Shown piece after piece: positions 1-12,568 of a stretch of DNA of 64,000 nt. Position 1 is the stretch's first letter; each line of letters begins with the position of its first letter. The notes under the pieces are model-generated. The model had not been told where the DNA came from and ran no database searches. It saw only the letters and a program-made list of their open reading frames with translations. The DNA is taken from assembly GCF_001194135.2 (NCBI RefSeq), contig NC_068981.1, forward strand, positions 143,692,994-143,756,993, given 5' to 3'. Source of the DNA: Octopus bimaculoides. Its lineage: Eukaryota. The position numbers and the translations under genes are program-made.

Positions 1-35
<35 letters not shown>

Positions 36-97
36 GTCTGCGTGCGCGTTCGTGCGCATGTGTGTGTAATATGTGTATAGATCTACATACTCCCAAA

Positions 98-1378
98 CGA
101 AGGTACGCTGAGAAGTTCATAGGTTGATTATAAAGACCGGTACTAAACCAGTGAAATCTCGTCTACATTAATTTCAACCATTCTTATTAATAACTGCATT
201 GTTATGTTTCAGGTAAACTGAAATCTGACTGTTCAAAGTAGATCATAAAAGTAACTAGTAGTTGACATCTGTTGAACATGGACAAAATTTGGCATCAAGT
301 ACCTGCCGGAAAAGGTTTTGCCCTTAAGGAAATTCATGCTATGTTTTTCAGAATAGGGGATGACGTTCCAGCTTTATCAATATTGCAAAAGGGTGTACTG
401 AATTTATGACAGGAACGGAGAGTCTTGAAGATTAACTAAGGGCTAGACGTCCTGCAACTGCCGCCACTGAGAAAAACATTGTCATCACCACATTGTGATG
501 GATGATGACAGGCGATTCACTATGAATCAATTAGCCAACGCTCTTAGCATCTCCCGTGACAGAGTTCAGAATATTCCGCACAATGAATTTGCCATGACTA
601 AGATTTCTGTTCGGTGTGTGCCACGTCTTCTGATACCTGATGAAAAGCGCACCAGGCTGATCACATAACGGGAAAATCTGATATTGTTTGAGGCAGATCC
701 TGTTGTTTTCTTTGAATGTTTCCTTACCCAGGATGAGCGTTGGGTTCATCGCTTTGAGCAACTTACAAAGAGACATTCCATGTAGTGGAAACATCTCTCC
801 TCCCCTGATCCAAAGAAAGGCAATATCGTTTCACCTGCAGGGATTGATGGCATAAGAATTTTGGGATGAGAATGACATTGCGTTTATTAACTATCTTCAA
901 AAGAGCAAAGGTATCATTGGAGAGTACTATACCAACTTGCTGAGGCAGTTACGAAAATCTATCAAGACCAAACGCTCACAAAAAACCGACGAAAGGGGAT
1001 TTGTTTAATCAGGATAATGCTCTAATACACAGGTCCTTGGTTTCAATGGCTTCAGTGCGTGATTGTGACATTGAACTGGTTGATCACACTCCCCATTCTC
1101 CTGATTTGGCTGCATCTGACTATCATCTATTCTCCAAAATGGAAAAAAAAGCACCTGATTGGGAACCAGTATTGCAGTAATGGAAACATCATATCTGCTG
1201 TTGATGCCTTTTTTGATCAGCAGATTGAAAGCTTCATCACCAATGGAATCCAAGCAATGAAACACCTATGGAAGAAGTGTGTGAATCGCTAGGAGGTCTA
1301 TGTTGAAAAAGAAAACTTCACTTGGTCACATTCCACGAGAGTATCTTGGTTAGCCTATGAGGTTTTAGGCGACCCTCC
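98..1378 (+). mobile_element. Decayed full-length mariner (D,D34D) transposon, irritans/Hsmar2-like TIR
   Basis: Degenerate TIRs CGAAGGTACGCTGAGAAGTTCATAGG (from 98) and CCTATGAGGTTTTAGGCGACCCTCC+TA (to 1380). Broken transposase motifs: CVPRLL (WVPHEL-like), FLTQDERWVH (720), QDNALIH (1010), PHSPDLAASDYHLF. D at 1013 and D at 1118 are in frame with 34 residues between. Confidence 0.93.
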
Positions 1379-2133
1379 TAAATATATACTATTTATTTGT
1401 GTATATATGAGTAAATAATACACTCGAATATACATACACACACAAGCGTACATACACTCAGTCACACAAGGTGCATAAGTAAACTATCTTATTTCATATA
1501 TTGAATTTGATACCTCTTTAAGTGTAAAGTTTTTTGACTGAATTTACTGGTTCTTCGCAGTTTCATTCCTTATTCAATGCTCTCTATCTCACTCTCGGCA
1601 CTTTCTTCTTTTGACTATATGACATTATGTCTATCACACTCTCCTTTTGCCTCCATTTACCTAACCTACAGAGTTTTTCTTTCTGTCTCCCTCTTCCTTT
1701 CTCCATTTCTTTCGCTCTCTGTTTCTCCAACCCTTTGTCACTCAGTGTCACTCTGTGTCAATCTGATTCACTCTCTGTTTCTTTATTCCTTCTTCTTTAA
1801 GAAGGTCTTCACTCCGTTTCTGTCCTTCACTCTGTCTCTCTTTTTGTTTTTCCTTATTTCTCTCTATTTCTCTCTTTTTCATTTTCTTACCTTCCTCCCT
1901 TTCACTTCATCTTCATTTAATCACCCTTTCTACCATCGTATTTTTTGCTTATTTAGTCTTGACTGACTGACAGGTTTATGGCAATGACCAAAGGTCAGAC
2001 CAGATTGAACAACCATTAATGCCTCGATGAACAAAATCTCTTCTCTGGAACCAAGCAGTCTCTGATTAAATAGCATCTCTAGCAGCTATACATTTAGTGA
2101 AAAGTAACAATACATTTACATACATACATACGT

Positions 2134-2168
<35 letters not shown>

Positions 2169-2540
2169 NNNNNNNNNNNNNNNNNNNNNNNNNNNNNNNN
2201 NNNNNNNNNNNNNNNNNNNNNNNNNNNNNNNNNNNNNNNNNNNNNNNNNNNNNNNNNNNNNNNNNNNNNNNNNNNNNNNNNNNNNNNNNNNNNNNNNNNN
2301 NNNNNNNNNNNNNNNNNNNNNNNNNNNNNNNNNNNNNNNNNNNNNNNNNNNNNNNNNNNNNNNNNNNNNNNNNNNNNNNNNNNNNNNNNNNNNNNNNNNN
2401 NNNNNNNNNNNNNNNNNNNNNNNNNNNNNNNNNNNNNNNNNNNNNNNNNNNNNNNNNNNNNNNNNNNNNNNNNNNNNNNNNNNNNNNNNNNNNNNNNNNN
2501 NNNNNNNNNNNNNNNNNNNNNNNNNNNNNNNNNNNNNNNN

Positions 2541-2577
<37 letters not shown>

Positions 2578-3668
2578 ATGTATGTATGTATGTATATATA
2601 TGCACACACACACACACGCATAGCCGTTTATACAAAGAATGAGAGGGTGTATGATTTCGCAACAAAAAAGAGGGAGGGAAATATGGGGTGGGGGCAGACT
2701 AAGAAAACTGTGGAAGAAACAAAGACTGTCTGAGAAAGAAGTAGTGCGTATGTGTGTTTTTGCTTGAATATTCTTCTCTGTGTCTTTTTTCTGTCTTTGA
2801 CTTTCTCTCCTTCTCTGTGAACGCACACTCACACATATGCGTCTGTGAGTATGTGTATATGTGTATGTGAGTGTGTGTGTTGTATGTATATGTGTGTGTG
2901 TGTATTTGTGGCATACATAACAACTGATAAGTTTGCATGCATATGTATGTGTTTAGACATGTATTCATGTATAGATGTATATTTGTCTGTGAACGCATTA
3001 TGCGTGTGAGTATGCACGTGTATATGTTTATATGTGTTTTGGTATCTTTGATGTATATGTGTTTGCATTGCAAATTTTAATATACTAAACATAGAAATAA
3101 GCTGAACAGGAATGGAAAAGCAAAGTATTATCGAATATCGATCGTTGATCTCCCGGCTCTGGCCTCTTCATTTCACACACTCACATACTCATGGAAACAA
3201 ATATGTTCATACACTGAAACACATGTATATATACACAACCTCCAACTCTACTTATATTCACAATTAAGTTGCCAACAGTTTATAATGCTGACCTTGTTTA
3301 CGTACATCCGTTCACCTCAATGGCCGCCAGAAATATTTCATTTACGTTTTTTCAATGCAATTGACCAAATTGGTTATTTCTATATTGATGAAATAAACTA
3401 CAATATCATAATGCTTTTGAATATCTACCAATTTCTATCCGAGCAATCAAAGAGCAGATAAAACCATGATAACCTTAGAGAAGGTTCTTATATTCGTAAT
3501 TTTGTTTCTCAGAAATTACAATCGAGTATTTTAATTAATTATGGATCATACTAATTTACCAAATAAGAAACCGCATTCAGTAAATTTTCCATTCGTTTGT
3601 TTTGTGTGAAATACTTCGTTTTGTGTGTGTGTATGTGAATGTACGTATGTATATACATACATATATAT

Positions 3669-3717
<49 letters not shown>

Positions 3718-4236
3718 NNNNNNNNNNNNNNNNNNNNNNNNNNNNNNNNNNNNNNNNNNNNNNNNNNNNNNNNNNNNNNNNNNNNNNNNNNNNNNNNNNN
3801 NNNNNNNNNNNNNNNNNNNNNNNNNNNNNNNNNNNNNNNNNNNNNNNNNNNNNNNNNNNNNNNNNNNNNNNNNNNNNNNNNNNNNNNNNNNNNNNNNNNN
3901 NNNNNNNNNNNNNNNNNNNNNNNNNNNNNNNNNNNNNNNNNNNNNNNNNNNNNNNNNNNNNNNNNNNNNNNNNNNNNNNNNNNNNNNNNNNNNNNNNNNN
4001 NNNNNNNNNNNNNNNNNNNNNNNNNNNNNNNNNNNNNNNNNNNNNNNNNNNNNNNNNNNNNNNNNNNNNNNNNNNNNNNNNNNNNNNNNNNNNNNNNNNN
4101 NNNNNNNNNNNNNNNNNNNNNNNNNNNNNNNNNNNNNNNNNNNNNNNNNNNNNNNNNNNNNNNNNNNNNNNNNNNNNNNNNNNNNNNNNNNNNNNNNNNN
4201 NNNNNNNNNNNNNNNNNNNNNNNNNNNNNNNNNNNT

Positions 4237-4683
4237 AACCATTTCGCCTGGCGTGCAAACGTTTCTTATTTCTTTATTGCCCACAAGGGGCTAAACATAG
4301 AGGGGACAAGCAAGGACAGACAAAAAGATTAAGTCGATTACATCGATCCCAGTGCGTAACTGGTGTCGTAATTTATCGATCCCGAAAGGATGAAAGGCAA
4401 ATCGACCTCGGCGGAATTTGAACTTAGAACGTAAAGACAGACGAAATACCTATTTCTGTATTACCCACATGTGGCTAAACATAAAGGGGACAAACAAGGA
4501 CAGACAAACGGATTAAGTCGATTACATCGACCCCCAGTGCGTAACTGGTACTTAATTTATCGACCCCGAAAGGATAAAAGGCAAAGTGGACCTCGGCGGA
4601 GTTTGAACTCAGAACGTAACGGCAGACGAAATACCGCTAAACATTTCGCCCGGCGTGCTAACGATTCTGCCAGCTCGCCGCCT
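4237..4683 (-). mobile_element. Head-to-tail concatemer of tRNA-derived SINE family 1 (one full copy, two 5'-truncated)
   Basis: Full copy 4451-4683, truncated copy 4266-4450, and a third head 4237-4265 running into the gap. Same sequence as the copies at 54733 and 59590. Confidence 0.9.
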
Positions 4684-4875
4684 CTAACAATGCAAATGAT
4701 ATCTTCTAGATGAATTTATTTATCGATTTTTAAAATATGCAAAATTCAGTAAAATATTTCAGAACAGACTTAAAACATCTTACTTGTTCTGTTTTCAATG
4801 TCCTGTTTTCAATGCCTCCTTCTTCGAAACATGTGCCGTACCCAATAAAATCTTTCTCCTTCCATCTATTTATTA

Positions 4876-4912
<37 letters not shown>

Positions 4913-5277
4913 GGTGTGTGTGCTTACCAGCAACATTTACTGTAATAGCTATTTAAATCTTAATTACGATGAATTTTAGTTTTATATCTCAGGGTTTGTC
5001 CTGTTAAATTAGTGGTTTGCATTAATGTATTTATTAAGTTTTTAGAAAGTTTATTATTAAAAGTTAATGAATTAATCATTTTTCGTATTTCAGATTCTAC
5101 ATCTGGGCCTTTTATACGCCGGAGTAAATAAAATAACTAACAGCCAAATAAGAGAGTCATCGACAAAATTGACAAAAATTTGTAGATTTATGGCAATAGG
5201 AGAAATGTATAATTTAATTTTTCAAGGATATCGCAAGGAGCTGAATTACTTATTTAATAATACTCCGTCTTATTTTT

Positions 5278-5497
5278 GCGGCGAGCTGGCAGAAGTGTTA
5301 GCACGCCGGGCGAAATGCTTAACGGTATTTCGTGTGTCTTTACCTTCTGAGTTCGAATTCTGCCGAGGTCGACACTGTGCCTTTCATTCTTTCGTAAGCC
5401 GAAACATTATGTACCAGTTACATACTGGGGTCGATCTAATCGACTGGCCTCTTCCATAAAAATTTCGGGTCATGTGCCTAGAGTAGAAATGAATATT
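5278..5497 (+). mobile_element. SINE family 1 copy
   Basis: GCGGCGAGCTGGCAGAA head, GAGTTCGAATTC B-box, GAGGTCGAC..GCCTTTCAT core shared with the other copies. Confidence 0.85.
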
Positions 5498-5915
5498 TCA
5501 TCTTATAGTCAGTAAAAATTTGTCACTTCTTGCAGTGTACATTTTTTAAATGCATCATCGCAACTTAGTTTTTGCCTGAAACAAATTATTTATTGATATG
5601 CAAGAACAAGACCTGAGAATTTTTCGGGATAAAGGTGAACTCTTTCTGTTTTTTTTTTCTTTGTCTTTTTTTTTTTTTTAATCATTCAGTAGAGGGGATA
5701 AAATTAAAGCTTCTCAACTTCGAACTGAAAACAATATACAGTTTCAGCTCTGTAGAATTTATTCCTCACAAGCGACCGAATATATTCTTTATAATTGCAC
5801 TTAAATGTGAAAAGTTATATCTGCACAAGTTTTCTGTATACTTGCAATTGAAGAAGAGAGTCCAGTGAATTAGTCTCCGTACCTAACAGGTACGAATGCT
5901 ATAACTCAGTTCATG

Positions 5916-5997
5916 GAAGCCGCGGCGCGAGCCAGGGTGAAGCGACCACGGGTGCAGGTCTCGGTGGTACTAGCAAATATTTGGCGGGACACCTGAG
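5916..5997 (+). rRNA. Isolated 28S (LSU) rRNA fragment, non-functional orphon
   Basis: GAAGCCGCGGCGCGAGCCAGGGTGAAGCGACCACGGGTGCAGGTCTCGGTGGTACTAGCAAATATT aligns by eye to the conserved eukaryotic 28S segment GAAGCCTAGGGCGCGGGCCCGGGTGGAGCCGCCGCAGGTGCAGATCTTGGTGGTAGTAGCAAATATT (recalled). It lies in a GC-rich island in AT-rich DNA. Confidence 0.7.
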
Positions 5998-7255
5998 AAT
6001 TCTAATTTTTTCACAATGAACGTACCGGCCGACTCGGACACTCGGTGAAGAGCACTCTCGGAGAAATCGTGCGGGGCGAAACGACTGGGAAGAGGAGGCG
6101 CTACCGTATCGCAGAGGGTATCCGATGGCATCTGCCTCGTGGCTTCTGACCAAGTTTATAATAAATGGACGTTAGTAGATACCACAAAGCATTAACCCCA
6201 GGATTATTTTGTTTCTGTCATTCTGCTGGTTTGAGTTTTCGAAATAAACATTCTAAGTAACAGTCCTATCACCTATTGAAAGAAGTTTCTTTCTCCTACA
6301 CAATTATAAAGGAAGGGCCTGTAATCTCATGTCTTAAATGTGCAGCATTTTGTATGTTATTTATATAGTTTAACTATGCTAAAATAATCTTAATTTGAGG
6401 TTGAATTAGGGCGAAAGAACATGATGCGCCGGTGTATAACCATTTTGTTCAATTTGTTGATTTCTTTATAAATAACTTGCAGTTTTTCGTTGGGAACAAT
6501 TGGGGCCAAATATTCTTTATCTTGTAAAACTGAATTTAAAACTTTCTAAGTGTATAACTTCTAGTTGAATGGGTTAAGTCAGGCTGTCTAGCTCTCCATT
6601 ATCTGCATGAAGTCTTTAGATAATATCTTTTATGATTTAATGGATTACAGGAACTCAATCAAACTTAGTTTGGAAAAATTAATTCATCTTTTACTTTTGT
6701 ATTTGTATCTTAGTATTTATCATCTGAAATTTCACATTGGCTGATATTGAGATATGGAAGATGAAATACTTGTAAAAACCTTTGATAATGCTGATAACGT
6801 TTAATTGTATAAAACATTGAGACACGATCAAAGACATCAATTGTATCGAACGATAAAAGCAAATACACAGGCTTGTTTTTTCCAGTTGTTTTCGCTCTCG
6901 TCGTATTCATATCAAAACTCAATAGTTCAACATTGATATTTTTAAATCAAAACAAGCAGCAGCAAACCGACGCAGAAAAATATCCGTAATTGTCTCCTGT
7001 ATTTACCGTAAAAAAAAAGTAATGATATTTATTAGCGTCTGATATTATTTTATCATCGTATATTTTATTCTACTTTAGATTTTAATATATTATTTTTATC
7101 AACACAAATTTCATTCCATTTTAGATTTTAAAATGTTTCAATCATTAAATGTTGTCAATTACTTAGCTTTTTTACGCAGATGGCTTTGTAGAATTATTAA
7201 ATGTTCTGTTTTTCTACGCCATCGATTATCCATAACTTTATATCTACTTTAGTTT

Positions 7256-7482
7256 AGGCGGCGAATTATCGGCGTCTCTACAGCATCGAGCAAAATACAT
7301 TGCAGTATTTATACAGATTGACTGCATACAGAGTTCAAATCCCGCTAAGATCAACCTTGCTTCCCAAATTTTCGAGGCTGATAAAATAAGTAACTGTGAA
7401 GAACGGTTAACTGGAAGAATTATTCTGTTCTACTCTAGGCACAAGGCCTGGTTTTGGCGGGAGTGGAGCCAATCGATTAGAC
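7256..7482. mobile_element. Degenerate SINE family 1 pieces (+ head/core, then - 3' end)
   Basis: AGGCGGCGAA head, GAGTTCAAATCCC B-box, GATAAAATAAGTA core, followed by an inverted TACTCTAGGCACAAGGCC tail. Confidence 0.5.
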
Positions 7483-8663
7483 CACGAGTCATCAAACTAG
7501 GGCCCGCGACGTCAATTTGTCCGGCCCGCCGTCGTATGCTGAAAAAAATAAACATGCTTTTATACTGCTTCTTACGCGTTATGTATTTTACGCGCCATAA
7601 TAACTACTACAGTACATCACGTGTGCCTCGGGCTAATCAGTTATTAGTGATTACAATTAAAGCGAGAATATCTAACGCTGAGGACTAAGACTGCTTTTGT
7701 TTTTTCTTCACCCATTGTTATGGCTACTAAGAACAAAAACGTTGATGATGAATGTCGCATTTTCAATAAAGAATGGGGAGAAAAGTACTTCTTTGTGGAA
7801 ACAAACGACCAGAAAGCTAATTGCCTGATATGCAACGAAAGTGTTGCTGTTATGAAAGAGAACAATATTCGTCGTCACTACGAAGCAAAACATCTCTCAA
7901 CACATTCTAAATATTCTGTAAAGTTGCAGTCCGAGAAATTTAAATCTATGAATCGTAGTTTGGAATCTCAAAAGAATTTCTTTACGAAAAAGTGTGTTAA
8001 AAATGAATCTAACACTCGTGTAAGTTACAAAATAATGAATAAGTTGGCAGAGCGAGGAAAACCATTTACTGACGGAAACTTTCTAAAAGAGTGCATGATG
8101 GAAGCAGCAAATGACTTGTGTCCTGAAAAATCTAATATGTTTGGCTGTGTCAGCCTTTCAGCAAGTTCAGTTGTGCTGAGAATAGAAGAACTTGGAGAGA
8201 ATATACAGTTACAGATACATAAGTAAACTAAGGAATGTTTGTGGTAATCTCTTGCTATGGATGAGTCTACTGATCTTTCTAGTACGTCACAACTTCTTGT
8301 GTTCATTCGTGGTGTTAATTGCAACTTTAAGACTGTAGAAGAAATGGCATCCGTTTGCAGTAGACATGGAACAACAACTGGAGAATATATTTTCATAGAG
8401 GTGTAGAAAACTTTACAAAACTATAACCTTCAGTGGAATTAGCTTCGATGTGTTACAGTCGATGGAGGAAAAAACATGGCAGGATTGAGGAAGGGTTTGG
8501 TAAGGCGGATCGAGACCAAGCTGGGGGAACTTCAACTTCCGAAGCTCTCTTTATACACTGCATTATACATCAGCAAGCGCTCTGTGGAAAACAATTAGAT
8601 ATTTCTTACGTACTAAAACCGGTTACAACTGTGGTGAACTTTATTCGGAATCAAGGGCTTAAT
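7483..8663 (+). mobile_element. 3'-truncated hAT transposon (Charlie/SPIN, GTF2IRD2/EPM2AIP1-like transposase), pseudogenised
   Basis: Terminal CACGAGTCATCAAACTAGGGCCCGCG..TCCGGCCCGCC. ORF 7720-8226 with CLICNES..RRHYEAKH and GKPFTDG. Read through stops it gives SLAMDESTD, QLLVFIRG, VTVDGGKNM, HCIIHQQALCGK. Confidence 0.92.
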
Positions 8664-8866
8664 AGACGCTGTAGGAAGTTTCTTGGAGTCCCAAACAAAA
8701 GAGTTCTTCTACGCCGAGATAATGGCGCTTCAGCACCGCTGGAGAAAGTGTTCAGCCATCGAGGGGGACTACGTTGAAAAATAAATCATTAGAAGTCTTG
8801 TACCATGTTTATTTATTTATTTATTTATTTATTTTAAGTCTCAAGACGTTTCAGACACCCCTCGTA
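8662..8866 (+). mobile_element. 3' end of a second mariner element fused to the hAT
   Basis: Translates DAVGSFLESQTKEFFYAEIMALQHRWRKCSAIEGDYVEK*, a typical mariner C-terminus, then TIR CGTTTCAGACACCCCTCG + TA (8865-8866). Confidence 0.85.
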
Positions 8867-9407
8867 CGTTTTATATTCAATTTTCCAATACATTTAGCAT
8901 TAAATATACAATATATTGATACAGTCATCTAATAAATACTAACACGGTTTTCTTGTCTCTTCACATGTCTACCTCATGCAAAATCTATTGCAGTAATTCG
9001 CAAGTATGGGCTGGTAGTATGTGCCACGCTCTCGCAAATTCCTTTAAGAGTGTAATTAATGAGCAAACATAATAAATGCCCTCTCGGCCCTCTCACATTT
9101 AACTTAGTGGAACACACAAGATGTGACAGTTGAAGTTACTGGCAAGCGGACATAATGTGTCACCGGATCCAAAAATCGAACCCACGTTCTCATGATCAGA
9201 ACAAGACCACACTAACTACAAAGCTATGTGCTTTCTATAGTTTAAACTATATAGCCTGAGCAAATGAGAGTTTTATCTCTTCATTTCTAGTCATAGAGCA
9301 ATGCTCAAACTTTCTTCAGTACAGTTGATGTTTCGTTCGATACACGAATATCTTATCAAATACTCCAGCTTCAAACCAGAAAGTCATTTAATTTTGATAT
9401 TTTTCAG

Positions 9408-9587
9408 AATTTATAGATTAAGTATAAGAAATCTATTCCAAACAAGTCTTACGAAATAATAATTAAAGCGAAAGATTTGCTAAGAGTTGGAAAATTTTAA
9501 TGGAGTCTCTGGACTTCACAGAAATTCACTGGCAGATTTTCAATTATAAAACGCAATTGTTCTTATCTCGACTTGTTCAAATATACA
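9408..9587 (+). pseudogene. Weak candidate 180-nt phase 1-1 exon with three TAA stops
   Basis: Acceptor TTTTGATATTTTTCAG, donor ACA|GTAATT. 3' half reads SERFAKSWKILMESLDFTEIHWQIFNYKTQLFLSRLVQIY. Stops at 9419, 9425, 9464. Confidence 0.2.
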
Positions 9588-10607
9588 GTAATTCTTAACT
9601 CATAGAATTCAATAACAACTGTAACCAAATACCTCCTGTTACCATATTCCAAATGTATGTGCTTATTAGTTCCTTTAGGTGTCTACCAATCACCGTTATG
9701 AGGTTTCTTCTATTTATATTGATGACATTCACATAATCGATTTATCGTCAGTACATGATTTATTCTAGTGTTAAGACATTTATGTCTTGCAACACGATTC
9801 TCAGACAATATAACTATGGGTTTGAGAGCTGTAGTTGTCTGGGTTCATAAAATGTCAATAAACAAACTGAAGGCTCTGCACTATAACTGGAACAAACGTT
9901 TCTGATTGTTAATTCTCAGCCAACGCAATCGCTGTTGTTGTTCTTGTTGCTTAAACAAATCAGTTTTGATCAATCAGGAGGATTATCTGGTGTATTCAAA
10001 CTGCGAAAAACCAATACTTTTTCAAGCATAACTTGTCTCGACCTTAAGACGAAAAGTTATGATTTGAGATAACTATGGCTGATATTTCTAGCTGTTCAAA
10101 TGATCACACGGGGGCTATTTCCTTGATGCCTCATTCTCAGTTTAGGGGCTTGCATTGTACAGGCAGAGACAGTAGCTAATTAATTCAATAGAATCTCTGA
10201 ATAACTTGCAGCTGATCCACGAATTAATCTGGTCCACATCGAAATCTTTTACTAGACTTGAGTTGTGATTTGACTGCTTCAAATGCCCTGAAAGATGGAA
10301 TACACTGTAACTCACTAGCTTTCTTCATATTTTGAGACAACGAAAATGCATGAATCTATGAATGAACCTCGATGCATTCACTTAATGCCAACATTCTGCG
10401 GAAATTTCGGTAAATGGAAACTATACAGAAGGCTCTCGGATGGATTCTGCACATAATTCAAAGTTTCAGCTTTGGCATTATGGGACATGTGTTACTCTGT
10501 CTCCACCCGAGTACACGTCATAGATACACATGTCTGTGGAATACACAGCCATTTTGCAGGCTCATTCAATAAGTAGGTTGTCAGCTATATATATACACGT
10601 GTATGCA

Positions 10608-10719
<112 letters not shown>

Positions 10720-11803
10720 TATATACTATGATAACACTATGACAAATCTATATGTGATGCGAGCATGAGACCCCTTTTTTTAAAATCTGCTACAGTTTGA
10801 TCATTTGACTAGCGACGACGCTTCGCAGTGCACAGAGTCAGGAGAGAAGGGAATACTCATGGCAATTTTCAGGGTCTTCAATAAAAGTGGGAGAAATATA
10901 TTTCAAAGGCAAGGAACTCGCCCTAATGCTTGCAATAGTTTGACCTCTGCTAAAGTCACTCAAGTTGCCCGTTGTCAGTGTTTAACCGAGTTATCTATTA
11001 AATAAGCTCCCCCACCACCCACAAAGACTAAGGCGGGATTAGCACCTGAAAGAGCCGTTACAGATACCGTAAGAGGCTTCCGAACAGATATTCTTACTGT
11101 TCTGTGAATGCGTCGCTCTACATTAGAACTTTTTTTTCTCTCCGCCCCGAAAAAAATGAGATGTAAAGATGATTTCGACCGGTTTGAACACAGAAAGTAG
11201 TGTGTCTGAATTTATAACGACTTAGTTAATTTGCTGCCATCTAAGTTTCTCAGATTTATATAGAATATCTTCAAAGCTTCTCATATTTTAACATAACATC
11301 ATTTTACTACAGATCTTCGCTAAAAATTCATCCAGATTTATCATTACTGTGTTGTATCAAGAACTATCAGCATGGACAGTTATGTTTACCCCAGCCACTT
11401 AATTACTACATTTATCCTCATTAGACGAAATTTCTCTTCATTCCTTCAGTTCATTACTTTAATGAACTTCCCTTTAGATTTATTGCTTTAGTCGAACAGA
11501 TAAACGGATGCATTTATTTCATAGATATGCAGAAGGCTTCTGATGTTTGATACGGAAGAGTAGGTAACACGTCGTTGTGTTTATGATTTCTATCTAAGCT
11601 TTAGTGCTATAATTAAAGAGAACTTATTAAAACTGAACATAAAAAGCAGGTAGCACATGAGCATGTGGGAGGCTTTTCTATGCGGTTGCTGTAAATACTA
11701 AAAGCAGAAGCCGAGTCTGTCTCTAATCATACAACATCTTTCCTGTTACAAGAGATTAACAGAAATGTATTTCATTGGTACTAACAAACCTATTTAATTC
11801 TAG

Positions 11804-12030
11804 ATCACTCAGTTTGTTTCATATCAAGTTGCCCTGATCTAGGAGAGCTATTATTATCAGAAGCATTTAAGCGAAGAAGTGTCTACTGTTTCAGGCATAG
11901 TGTACCTTTGACTACAGTATTCGATGCGTGTGTATCTTTTCAAAAGAAGGCAATGTTGTACACTAATCTTGGAAAAAATCGAATGGCTACGTCTGGAATG
12001 CTTTTAATTATAGATTTCCTACGCAAGAGT
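11804..12030 (+). pseudogene. Open coding-like segment in frame with the 12080 exon, separated from it by two stops
   Basis: Branch point TACTAAC (11779) and acceptor TATTTAATTCTAG. 75 open codons HSVCFISSCPDLGELLLSEAF...IIDFLRKS, then TGA 12031 and TAA 12058. No convincing donor of its own. Confidence 0.35.
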
Positions 12031-12079
12031 TGAGTTGGGCCTAAGCAACATCAACAGTAACTAGGGTTTGCATGCATAG

Positions 12080-12290
12080 GCAACCAGAACTTACTTCTAC
12101 TTCACGATGTTCGATATGCTTTTGAACATTTCATTAAGGATCCAGATAAAGGCCTCAGATCAGAGGGAAAATCGTTCTCCATAGAAGAAAGGACAGCGCT
12201 CGTGACCCTTCTCGAGAGCACCGAGATTGGCACTGGGAATGAAGGACGTTATCATCAGGCCGAAGACATGGCTCTAAAGATTGTATCTGG
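12080..12290 (+). CDS. Probable internal coding exon of an unidentified gene
   Basis: Acceptor TTTGCATGCATAG, donor GG|GTGAGC with a stop immediately after it. 69 open codons NQNLLLLHDVRYAFEHFIKDPDKGLRSEGKSFSIEERTALVTLLESTEIGTGNEGRYHQAEDMALKIVS. GC-richer than the flanks; no TE motif recognised. Confidence 0.6.
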
Positions 12291-12568
12291 GTGAGCTTTG
12301 TTTAAAATACCCCATGAACAAGGTTATAGAGTAAACCAAGCAGAGTATCATGTCTACTCTTAACAAACAGTGATTGACTCTCAGACGTGCTACTGTTCAT
12401 ATTTTTCCACCTTACCATACTCTACACAAGACATAAATCAACTCAAGGCTATACTAAAATATACTTTCCCAAAATGCCGTACAGTGAAATTGAACATGGT
12501 ACATCGTAATTCTGCATCAAGGCTCTTAATCACACATGCATGCAACTATTTTGCTTCTTGTTGAACAG

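Noticed and set aside
6035-6130. Hammerhead-like GTGAAGA...CGAAACG..CGTA next to the 28S fragment
   Set aside because: Core C3 is G, stem II breaks after 2 bp, stem III has 2 bp and stem I needs gaps. Not supportable.
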